From Octopus sinensis (Eukaryota): 64,000 nucleotides of DNA. Position numbers and translations under genes: made by a program. The notes beneath the pieces are model-generated. The model made no database searches, had not been told where the DNA came from, and was given only the letters and a program-made list of their open reading frames with translations. Numbering within the stretch: the first letter of the stretch is position 1; the number at the start of each line of letters is the position of its first letter. Below, one piece after another: positions 13,621 through 24,835 of this stretch. The stretch covers positions 113,336,001 through 113,400,000 of the forward strand of contig NC_042997.1 in the NCBI RefSeq assembly GCF_006345805.1, written 5' to 3'.

Positions 13621-13964
13621 TACATAACACATTTCATAACACAGTTGTCCATCCATATACTGTAATACATTCTGTTGTACATTGTGTCATACATCACTGT
13701 ATATAATATTACAGGTACAGACATGACTGAGTGGTTAAGAAAGTTCAATTCACAACCACAGGATTTCAGGTTCGGTTCCATTGTACAGCTCGCCAGAGTG
13801 ACCATTACCTTCTGATTGAACTTGATAGACGGAAACTGTGCAGAAGCCTGTATGATATACATATGTGTGTGTTTGTGTGCCTGAATGTGTATGCATATGT
13901 GCATGCATGTGTGTACATGAGTGTGTGACTGTCTTTGTGTTTGTGTTTGCCCTTCAATTCTTCA

Positions 13965-14525
13965 GTCACGTTCGAATGGTGTTTTTTACATGCCACCCGC
14001 ATGAATGCCAGTCAGGTTGGACTGCCATCAGTCATGCTTGAATGGTGCTTTTAAAATGCCAGTGGCACGGGTGCCAGTCAGGTGGCACTGGCATCAGCCA
14101 TGCTCAAATGGTGCTTTTTACATGCCAACGGCACGAGTGCCAGTCAGGCGGCGCTGACATCAGCCATGCTTGAATGGTGCTTTTTACATGTCACTGGCAC
14201 AAGTGCCAGTCAGGCGGCACTGGCATCAGCCACACTTGAATGGTGCATTTAAAATTCCACTGGCATGAGTGCCAATCAGGTGGCACTGGCATTAGCTATA
14301 CTCAAATGGTGCTTTTTACATGTCACCAGCATAGGTGCCAGTCAGGCAGCACTGGCATTGGTCATGCTCTAATGGTGCTTTTTACATGTTACTCACACAG
14401 ATGCCATTCAGGCAGCATTGGCATCATCCATGCTCGAATGGTGCTTTTTATGTGCCAGTCAGGCGGCACTGACATCAGCCATGCTCAAATGGTGGTTTAT
14501 ACGTGACAGTCAGGTGGCACTGGCA
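13965..14525 (-). repeat. Tandem array of ~66-bp RTE 3' UTR units, ~8 copies
   Basis: cagcca..ct..aatggtgc recurs at ~14095, 14161, 14227 and onward. Confidence 0.9.
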
Positions 14526-16434
14526 CCATGTCACTGATATTTCACTGTTTGTGAATGTATTCTTTGATTAGGTATGGAGGATGTATTTGCTGTGGAGGTG
14601 CATGTCTTAGTGGTTCAGGTATTAACCTCATAATTTCTAGGTTGTGAGTTTAGTTCCCAGTGGTGTGTTATTTATTCCACGTTGCTCCAGTCTGGTCAGC
14701 TAGTAAAAATGAGTTGTATCTGTATTTGAAAGGGCCAGCCTTGGCATATCTGGTGCATGATGTTGAATCTCCTTAAGAACTGTGTTAAGGGCATGCATGT
14801 CTGTGGAGTGCTCAACCCCTTACACATTAATTTCATGAGCAGGCTGTTCCATTGGTCAGCTCAAGTGAACCACTGATTGTCCTAACCAGTGGAGTACCAA
14901 TGGTTTTGCTGCTGTTCTTTGTCTGTTAACCTTTTAAAATGTTAAAGCATTTTTCACCACACATTCTACTTTCTCTTATGCTCCTATAATTCTTCTATAA
15001 ACTCAAGCCTTTCTTACTGTAGGAATTTATTTCTCTCTTAAAATTCAACCTTCTGTCAGTTCTTCATGTGATTCCATGATAATTTTGCCCAAACATATTA
15101 TCTTCCTGACATTAAATATATGAATAGCAGATGTTTGTTTCTGCCAAGTGGAAGGTCATATCCTGTCAACGACATTGTTTATCATCAATGAACCATGAGA
15201 GATGATCTTCAGTTTTCTGTTGGCTTTTGTCTTTAGCTATAATTTACATAACCCTTAAAGGAAGTATTTGTCTACTTAGTTCCTGGTGACATTTAAGATA
15301 GATGGAGGATGTATGTGGATGCAAGTGTGTTTGTGTGTCTATGAGTATATATACATATATATATATATGTACATGTATGCAAATATATACTTGTATTCTT
15401 TTATTCTTTGACTCTTTTACTTGTTTCAGTCATTTGATTGTGGCCATGCTGGAGCAATGCCTTTAGTCGAACAAATCGACCCCAGGATATATTCTTTGTA
15501 AGCCTTGTACATACTCTATTGGTCTCTTTTTGCTGAACTGCTAAGTAACAGGTAGATTTCTCAATAGTTCAGCGTGTGTGTGTGAGTGATTCATTCCTTC
15601 CTGTTTTCAATCACTTGAAGTTTTCTCCATTGTTGGAATGCAGATAACAAAAACAAGGTGTCTGAAAAAAATCTTGAATAATTTTATTGTTCCACATATA
15701 GATTGTATTCATAGCACAAATATGCATGCATGTGCATACACAACATGTATATCTGCATCTATGTATATGTGTATGCATGGCCTTGAGTAGCCAGTAACAC
15801 ACATATATTTTTTTAGGCAACAAAATTCTGAAAAATTTACTTCCTTTTATTTCATTGAATAAAAAACTCTAGTGATGGTGTCATGCAAAAAACACTGGAG
15901 ATTGTAGCCCATAAAAAGCCCCCAGTACACTCTGTAAAGTGGTTGACATTAGGTAGGGCATCCAGCTGTAGCAACCTTGCGAAAACAGACAATTGGGGCC
16001 TGGTGCAGGTCTCTGACCAGCCAGTTCTTGTAAAACAGTCCAACCCATGCCAGCATAGAAAAACAGATGTTAAATAATGATGATGATTAACATGTATACT
16101 TGACATGACACTCTGAAAGACATTGGGTTGTGAAGGGTTGAAATTTAGGTTAAGAATTTAGCGAGGAAATGACAAATGGCATATTTGAGGTCAAAGCAAT
16201 GACAAGATTCTATTATTATTCGTCTTTCTTGTAGAATTCAAAAACAGAAAGAACTGAATAATTCAATATTCTTTCATATTTTTCGAATTCATTAAAATGA
16301 ATAAAAAGAAAGAATTTTTTCTTGTTGATTTATTTATTTTTGTTTGTTTTAAAAACTGGATTTCGGAATCTGTCCATTTCCAAAAATAACTGGGAGTGGA
16401 ACAACTTGTTTTTATGAATGGCTGCTTAATTAAC

Positions 16435-16527
16435 TCTGGAAATCTCTGTCATCATATTGTGTTGAGTGGAAGCGTTGTCTTTGTAAATTACTGCTGTTTC
16501 CTGTACTTAAATTGATGATGGAATTTT
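16435..16527 (-). CDS. Candidate 93-nt exon
   Basis: tttgtttcag acceptor, phase 1-1 open: NSIINLSTGNSSNLQRQRFHSTQYDDRDFQ; donor gttaat is weak. Confidence 0.25.
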
Positions 16528-17022
16528 CTGAAACAAATAATATCGGATGTTTTAATAATACTTTCAGACAAAGTTGAGACCATCCTTCCTCCTGTACTCT
16601 GGTGATTAAGTACACAGACACACACTTCAATTCATGCAGACACACATACACACACACACACAAACACACACATATACATGCACATACAACATACACACAA
16701 CAGACATATACACACACACATATTTTGCCTTTCATCCATTACTTGTTTCAGTCGTTAGACTGCGGCCATGCTGGGGCATTGCTGTTAAATATTTCAGTAG
16801 AATGAATTGACTCCAGCACATATCTTTTAAGCCTGGTACTTATTTTATCAGTCTCTTTTGCTGAACCGCTAAGTTGTGATGATGTAAACACACCAACACC
16901 AGTTGTCAAGCACTGGTTGGGGAGAAAGACAGACACAATAACACACACACACACACCCATATATGATATATATATATATATAAATAATAATCAAAATAAG
17001 CAACAAGGATATTCAGAGGTAA

Positions 17023-17110
17023 TACAGTATGATCGTTTCATGCGACGCCATTTAATTAAACAATGCAAGTATTACATCAGTTTTAAAATGTAGAGCAATC
17101 TTCAGCTGCA
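17023..17110 (-). ncRNA. Hammerhead-like motif with long stem II (Penelope-like remnant)
   Basis: Minus strand TGCAG-CTGAAGA-~60 nt-GAAAC-GATC-ATA-CTGTA. Confidence 0.65.
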
Positions 17111-17261
17111 TAAAAATATAGAATTTAGTTAAATTCAAGGGATTCATTTGTATAGTTATTCTATTAACCAAAATCACAAAGAGGATAAGTAGATAGACAA
17201 AGGACATGTTTCATCAACATCATAGTAGTAACTGATATTTTTTCCCATATATATATGATAA

Positions 17262-20045
17262 AGCAAAGAAATAGACTTGGAAGGCCTGGAAGAGTGGGGG
17301 TAGCAGGAGAATGTATCAGATAGCCAAAAGCTATATATAGCCAAAGGTATGTATAGCTAAGGAAGCAGAAAAGAAGAAGCTTGCCAATGTTCAGCAATGT
17401 GAGGAGCAAAGAACTGAAGTATTTCGGATTGCAAGACTGTGTGTGAGAGAAAACCATGATGTCATAGGAGAGAAGTGTGTCCGCATGGATGATGGTGCCC
17501 TTGTGTTTAATGATTCTGCAAAGAAAAAGGCTTGGAGATGCCATTATGAAAGACTGCTGAACGTGGAGAATGAATGGGAGGAGGAGAGTCTGCCAAAGGT
17601 TGACCCAATTGAGGGACCAACTACCTGAATTGACAGTACTTGGTAGATAAAGCAATTAAGGATATGAAGACAGAGAAAGCATCTGGCCCATCAGGAATCA
17701 CTGCTGGGATGCTTAAAATATTGGGTGGTGTGGGTTATGGTCTTGTCATGCACATTGTAAATCAGGAGGTTCATGAAGTAGTCATACCCCATGACTGGTG
17801 TAGCAGCTCCATAGTCAACTGCTAGAAAGATAAAGGTGATGCTTCAGATAAAAATAACTAATAAGGCGGTGAGCTGGCAGAAACATTAGCAGGCCGAGCG
17901 AAATGCTTAGTGGTATTTCATCTACCACTACGTTCTTAATTCAAATTCCACCAAGGTCAACTTTACCTTTCATCCTTTCAGGGTCAATTAAATAAGTACC
18001 AGTTATGCACTGGGGTCATTATAATTGACTTAATCCGTTTGTCTGTCCTTGTTTGTCCCCTCTGTGTGTAGCCCCTTGTGGGTAGTAAAGAAATAAGAAA
18101 TAACTACAGGGGTATCAAATTATTGGATTAGGTGACGAAAGTTACAGAGAGGATCACAGCCCAACTAATTAGGGAGAGTGTTAGCCTAGGTGAGATGCAA
18201 TTCGGTTTTGTGCCAGGTAGAAGCACCACTGATGCTATATTTCTGGTAAGGCAACTGCAGGAGAAATACCTAGCCAAAGATAAACCTCTGTACTTGACTT
18301 TTGTTATCTTGGAGAAAGCCTTTGACAGGATCCCCCGATCCCTTATCTGGTGCTAAGTGCAGAAACTGGAGATAGATAAGTGGTTGGTAAGAGCTGTACA
18401 ATCCCTGTATAGGGATGCTGTCAGTAAAGTGAGGTTTGGCAACGAATATAGTGATGAATTCTGAGTAGAAGTAAGGGTTCACCAAGGATCAGTCCTCAGC
18501 CCCCTCTTGTTCATTATAATGCTCCAGGCAATAACAGAGGAAATCAAGACAGGCTGCCCCTGGGAGCTCCTCTATGCTGGTGACATTACTCTAATAACTG
18601 AGTAACTGCCAGAACAAGAGATGAAGTTTAGGTTGTGGAAGCAAGGTCTAGAATCAAAGGGCCTAGCAAAAACCAAAGCCTTAGTGAGTAAGAAGGATGT
18701 CAAATCACAAACCCCTTCAGGCAGGTGGTCCTGCTCAATCTGTAGAAAAAGCTTAGGTGGAAACACATAAATGGTGCAGCAGTATCAAAGGAAGGTTAAC
18801 TGGGAAGATAGCTTTTGTGTGTGGCAGATACACAAGGGCAATAAAAACTTAAGATTTACAGAATACAGATTCCATCACATACCAGAGGGAGAAACTAGAA
18901 GTAGTTAATAGCTTCCAAGTCTGTAGTGGGGGTGGTTGCTCTAAGAGTGTAGTGGCTTGAATAAGAATAACTTGGGCAAAGTTCAGGGCCTCTCGTTCAG
19001 AAAGTTAGACTGTATGCGGCATGTGTGTGAACTGCCATGCTACATGGCAGTGAAACATGGGCCATGAGTGCTGAGAACATGTGTAAGCTTGAAAGAAATG
19101 AAGCTGATATGATCCGCTGGATGTACAATGTTAGTGTGCAAACACGACAATGTGAGCACCATGAGAGAAAAGTTGGACATAAGCATTAAATGTGGTTTGC
19201 AAGAGAGACAACTGTGCTGGTATGGTCATGTATTAGATATGAATGAGGACATCTGTGTGAGGAAGTGCCACAGCCTAACTGTAGAAGGAACCTGTAGAAG
19301 AGGTAGATCCAGGAAGACATGGGATGAGATGGTAAAGCATGACCTTCGAACATTGAGCTTCACAGAAGTAATGACAGGAGACCGTGTGCTTGAGAAGACC
19401 CAACAACTAAAGTGAGATCACAGCCATGCATGTCCAGCCCAGTTAAGAGTACCCCTGATGCGTCAGAAAATACAATATGCTTGAGAAGACCTGTTGAGTC
19501 AAGTAAAACCAAAATCGTTGCTGTGGCCAGTTCCCCCTAACTGGTTCCCCTGTCAATGGCATGTAAAAAGTAGCATCCAAACGTGGTTAATATCAGGTCT
19601 GCCTGACTGACTCCTGTGTCGGTGGAACATACAAAGCACTATCCAAACATGGCTAATGCCAGGTACCCACTGACTGGCTCCTATGCACTATCTTAGTGTA
19701 ATTAACGCCAGGACTGCCTGGCTGGCCCCCATGCTGGTGGTACATAAAAAGTACCACCCAAATGTGGCTGATGCCAGTACCCCCTGACTAGCTCCTGTGC
19801 CGGTGGCACATAAAAAACACTGTCCAAACATGATCGATGCCAGGCCTGCCTGACTGGCTCCTGTGCCAGTGGCACATAAAATGCACCCACTACACTCTCA
19901 GAGTGGTTGGCGTTAGGCAGGGCATCTAGCTGTAGAAGCCTTGCCAGATTTAGATTGGAGCCTTGTGGTTGCCACTGGCTCTCCAGACCTCAGTCCAACC
20001 CATGCCAGCATGGAAAACAGATTTTAAACAATGATGATGATGATG
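17262..20045 (+). mobile_element. Decayed, 5'-truncated RTE-clade LINE: reverse transcriptase, C-terminus, 3' UTR and (GAT)n tail
   Basis: KASGPSGI, NYRGIKLL, QFGFVPGRSTTDAIF, LEKAFDRIPR, VHQGSVLSPLLF, LLYAGD, LHGSETW, WYGHV and RGRSRKTW motifs with multiple stops and frameshifts. Confidence 0.93.
17861..18097 (+). mobile_element. tRNA-derived SINE family B (Nin/Deu-domain-like core) nested in the LINE
   Basis: ggcggtgagctggcagaa head, cctttcatcctttcagggtcaattaaataagtaccag core, TSD aaataacta at 17852-17860 and 18098-18106. Confidence 0.85.
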
Positions 20046-20180
20046 GGCTTCTTTCAGTTTCCAACTACCAAGTCCACTTTCAGGCTTATTGTAGAAGACA
20101 CTTGCCCAAGATGCCACACAGTGGGACTGAAACCGGAACCATGTTGCTAGGAAGCAAACTTCTATCTATGTTTGTACCTA

Positions 20181-20254
<74 letters not shown>

Positions 20255-20510
20255 TATCTATATATATATGTATGTGTATATATATATGTATATATATATA
20301 TATATAAAGGGGTTTGTATGATTGTGTATAGAGGAATATATATTATTAAAAGAAATTCCAACTCTGTTTTTTATGTTTTATTTATATTCTTTAAAATATT
20401 AATGTAGAATATAGAATATTTAGTATAAATAATATATATATAGTAAAATGAAATGAAGTATTGATTGTCTTATTGAATAGATGAAATGTTGAATATAAAA
20501 TATTAAGGGA

Positions 20511-20558
<48 letters not shown>

Positions 20559-20658
20559 CATACATATAGGTGAAATGTACAGAAAAGCAAAATATGAAGA
20601 CAGGTGTATGAACAACAAGCAGATGTATTAGTTTGATACTCAGGAAAGTGATAAAGTG

Positions 20659-20692
20659 TTTTACATTTTGAGCATATGCTCTTCATCAGAAA
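20659..20692 (-). ncRNA. Decayed minimal type I hammerhead motif
   Basis: TTT-CTGATGA-A-GAGC-ATAT-GCTC-AAAAT-GTA-AAA; GAAAC is altered to AAAAT. Confidence 0.65.
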
Positions 20693-21729
20693 GGAATAAG
20701 AGAAAATAAACAGAATGAGAATAAAAGAACTTGTGGGTTTAGCGATCAAGCATGTGACTCTGTGTGTGTGCGTGTGTGTGCGTGCGTGTATGTGTGCGTG
20801 TGCGCAAGTGTGTGTACACACACACACACATACACACACACACACATACACACACATGCCACATGTTTGACACAACGCCAGAGCTTCATTGCCTTACACA
20901 GTATTTTGCTCTTTTCTCAATAATGGTTTTCTTCCAGAAGATTAATTCCATACTAAAATGGAAATTCCGGCTGTTAATTCAAATTGGACAAAATTTCCAA
21001 CATGACAACTCTTCTATTAGGAATTTCATTTGCTCTTATTATTTGTTCTGTTGCTTGGCATTTATTAGTCTGGTCTGGTCTGGTCTGTGATGGTGACTGA
21101 TTGAGTCAATGAATGAAAATATATTTCTTCGGCTGTGAGAAGAAATAGCTGAATGACACCCACAAATATTTAACAGAAGATTTTATTGTTGCACATCAAG
21201 ACAAGCTGTGTTGGTCTTTTACAAAGAAACAACAGCAATTATTGCATCCTGAGAGAGAAGGAAAAACTGAGCTACGTTCAAAGAAATTATTTATGAGATG
21301 TTGTGTGAATGTTTTTTCGGTCTGTCCAAGAACCTGGAGATGTCTGTGCAAATATCTGGAACCGTCTAATGTGACAGGAATGGAGGCACATTTCACTTGG
21401 CTGCCTCAACATTCTGCAGTTAATTACCACCTAATGCAGCCTTTTATAGAACACAAGAAGAAGGTTCTAGAAGATTGAATCATGTGATGGCTTGCTGCTG
21501 ATTGGTTGCTTAATAAGCCAATCATATGAAATGGTTGTGATGTCTAATTGGTTATCCAGGGAATCAGTTTCAAATTGCTGCTAAAGTTCAAACCCTAAAA
21601 CAATTCCCACACAACCTTTTCCATATTTTACCAACATTTCAAATATTTCATGTTATTCGTCTCCTTTGCCTCTTGTTTTTGATTTAAAATGTTTCTAGAA
21701 GGAGGGATTTCTTTTCTAATAAATATACA

Positions 21730-22125
21730 TACAGGAGTGGCTGTGTGGTAAGTAGCTTGCTTACCAACCACATGGTTCCGGGTTCAGTCCCACTGCATAG
21801 CATCTTGGGCAAGTGTCTTCTACTAAAGCCTCAGACCAACTAAAGCCTTGTAAGTGGATTTGGTAGACGGAAACTGAAAGAAGCCTGTTATATATATGTA
21901 TATATGTGTGTGTGTGTGTATGTTTGTGTGTCTGTGTTTGTCCCCCAACATCGCTTAACAACCGATGCTGGTGTGTTTACAACCCCGTTACTTAGCGGTT
22001 CAGCAAAAGACACTGATAGAATAAGTACAAGGCTTACAAAGAATAAGTCCTGGGGTCGATTTCTTCAACTAAAGGTGATGCACCAGCATTGCCACAGTCA
22101 AATGACTGAAACAAGTAAAAGAGTA
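21730..22125 (+). mobile_element. Full-length SINE family A copy
   Basis: Same head/core/microsatellite/tail layout as 8690-9092; others at 45680-46076, 48616-49120, 52935-53360 (+) and 26100-26470, 54580-54960, 60390-60792 (-). Confidence 0.85.
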
Positions 22126-22405
22126 TACATATGTTCATACACAGATACATACATAGATATATACATACACACGCATGCATACTAACATACGTGTAAACAT
22201 GTTTACTCTTTTACTTGTTTCAGTCATTTGACTGCGGCCATGTTGGAGCACCACCTTTAGTTGAAGAAATCGACCCCAGGACTTATTCTTTGTAAGCCTA
22301 GTACTTATTCTATTGGTGTCTTTTGCTGAACTGCTAAGTTACAGGGACGTAAACACACCAGCATTGGTTGTCAAGCGATGTTGGGGGGCAAACACAGACA
22401 CACAA

Positions 22406-22448
<43 letters not shown>

Positions 22449-22814
22449 GACATACATACATATGACAGGCTTCTTTCAGTTTCCATATATGTGTATATAT
22501 AAACACATACACGTTATCACTTTTCTTTTGTAATAACCTCTTCCTCCATCTCTTATGCATTTATCAGGGTAACTGTGTGTATAGACTTGTGCATGTGTGT
22601 CTGTGTGTGTGTGTGTGTGAAAGTGTTTGTATTTAGAGAGTAAGAAAGTGAAGACATTCATGGTTGAGAGAGGGAAAACTTTTTATTACATACACCCACC
22701 CATGTACAAATGATGGATAAGTAAAAACAAGAAAAACAAGAACAAATCACCAGAGAGACAAGTTTCCACAAAGGTCTTATTAGTCTGATGCTCAAAAAGT
22801 ACAGTGCAAGGGTC

Positions 22815-22848
22815 TTTGACATTTTGGACATTAGTTCTTCATCAGAAA
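22815..22848 (-). ncRNA. Decayed minimal type I hammerhead motif
   Basis: TTT-CTGATGA-A-GAAC-TAAT-GTCC-AAAAT-GTC-AAA. Confidence 0.6.
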
Positions 22849-23226
22849 AAAGAAAAAAGGAGGGAAGATGGGGAAGAAAGATAAAAAAAATTAGGGGCCA
22901 AGTGGAAATTCAGTTCTCTAGGGAGGAGTTAGGAAGAGAGGAAGAGGTGGGGGTTTATGTGTATGTAAGAAAGTGCTGGGGTCAGGCATAGTGTGGGTGA
23001 TAGTTAAGAGAGGATGGAAAAGAAATGAGAAAGAGAGGGGAGAAGAAAGAGATAAATGCTGAAAGGAGATTTCGGAGCAAAGAAGAATTGAGAGAACTGT
23101 CCCATTAGAAATATCTATGATAGATGAGCAAACAAGAAAATACACAACCAAGGGGATATATATATATATATAATATATATATATATATAACTCTACTATT
23201 TCCCTCTAGTTAAACATCTCACACCA

Positions 23227-23272
23227 TCTCTGATGAAGGGATATCCCTAATATCCTAGAAACAGCTGTAAGA
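23227..23272 (+). ncRNA. Minimal type I hammerhead ribozyme motif with intact core (Penelope-like remnant, ~23190-23335)
   Basis: TCT-CTGATGA-AG-GGATA-loop-TATCC-TA-GAAAC-AGCT-GTA-AGA; palindromic stem III ACAGCTGT, GUA triplet. Confidence 0.8.
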
Positions 23273-23331
23273 CTAACTTTCACTTTATAAACTGAAAATT
23301 CCACACAGCCTTGGCTTTGTTATGTCATTTT

Positions 23332-23367
<36 letters not shown>

Positions 23368-23379
23368 CATATACACTGA

Positions 23380-23660
23380 GGATGAAAAACTCAGAGCTGT
23401 TCGAGAGCCTCCCAAAAGTTAACTCAAAAATAAGTCAGAAGAGACTGAGGTTAGTTGGACAATCAGAGTTGGTACTGCACTCAGTGTTTCTGTGGAAGCC
23501 CCAACATGGACACACTAGAAGAGGGAAACTGAGGATGACATGTTGATGCCCTAAGGACAGACGCTGGTCTCTGGGAGACACAGGACATGGCAGCGATGAT
23601 GAGGGACAAAGACTGCCAGAGAGTACTTGTCCATGGATCTTAAGAATTTTACTCACCCTA
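23380..23660 (+). mobile_element. Short decayed LINE C-terminal fragment (RTE-like)
   Basis: NSELFESLPKVNSKISQKRLRLVG...LWKPQHGHTRRGK resembles the RRLRLAGH...W.P..G.R.RGRP region. Confidence 0.6.
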
Positions 23661-23889
23661 GAAGATATATATACGTATTCCCATCCAAAATTGAAATGAG
23701 TTCCAACACTCCCATGTGGTATACTTGATCAATTGTGAAAATCTTTCACATGAAACCGTTGGTAGCCTTATTAATCCACAAATAAAGTGTGTGTTGTAAA
23801 TTTAATAAAATAATGGAAGAAGACAACACAGAAGGAACAAAGTTCAAGAAATACTGTATTAACTTTACATTTAAAAGAGGTGGGTGGAG

Positions 23890-23925
23890 TCTTAACATTT
23901 CAGATGTTAGTCATTCATCAGAAGA
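23890..23925 (-). ncRNA. Decayed minimal type I hammerhead motif
   Basis: TCTT-CTGATGA-ATGAC-TAAC-ATCT-GAAAT-GTT-AAGA. Confidence 0.55.
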
Positions 23926-24229
23926 AAGAGAAAAGAGAAACAATAGAGAGAGTGAGGAAGAGGAAAAGTGAGTGAGAGAGAAAAGAAATCAGGTAAAGGG
24001 TTGGGAAAGAAAGGAGACAGAGAGAGAAAGAGTGAGAGAGAGAAGGTAAGGAAGAAAGAAGGAAATTATGAGAAAATAATCATTTCTCTCGTAACAGAAT
24101 ACAAACAAATTATCTAACGAAACCATGTTTACATTACAACAACAACAACAACAACAAGAACTAAAGTTAAAACAGAAAAGATAATTAGTTCCATAAAGCC
24201 TGACGATGGTGACAGCAGAGTTGTCTTAC

Positions 24230-24257
24230 CCTGTTTGTATTCTTCGTTTTGCTTTTT
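24230..24257 (-). CDS. Candidate 28-nt micro-exon
   Basis: ttttatgttgtttttattag acceptor and G|gtaaga donor; open in all three frames. Confidence 0.35.
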
Positions 24258-24404
24258 CTAATAAAAACAACATAAAAATGTCGCATTTTTTTATTAAGTA
24301 AACAACATTAATGATTGTTGTCTACAAATTATGTCTGATATATTTTAGATATTTATATATATATATATATATCTGCAGTGACGTTCCTACATTTACTGCC
24401 CAAC

Positions 24405-24835
24405 AAGCAGCAGTAGTAGCAGCAGCAGTAGCAGCAGCAGCAGTAGTAGCAGCAGCAGTAGTAGCAGCAGCAACAGCAGCAATGGTAGTATTAGTTACAG
24501 GGTTGTTAACTTCTGTCAATTGGTACAGCATGGAACTTGAAAGATGGTGGTTACTGACGTTAACTGAATTCTTTTTTTCAGTTTTGCTTTTGTTTTTATT
24601 TCCCTCCAGTCATTAATTTTTCCAACAAAACTCCTTAGTATTATTATTGTTATTATTATTATTATTATTGACTATCATCATCATCATCATCATTACCATT
24701 ATTATTATTGTTGTTATTTTATTATTATTATTTATTATCATCATCATTGTCGTCATCATTGTCATTGTTGTTGCTAGTATTATCATCATCATCATCATTG
24801 TTGTTGTTGTCGTTTTTGTTATTATTATTATTAAA
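24405..24835. repeat. Trinucleotide microsatellite tracts (CAG/TAG; ATT/ATC/GTT)
   Basis: Directly visible. Confidence 0.9.

Noticed and set aside
13965-14525. CRISPR-like repeat array
   Set aside because: Whole units are degenerate copies of the LINE 3' UTR repeat, with no spacers
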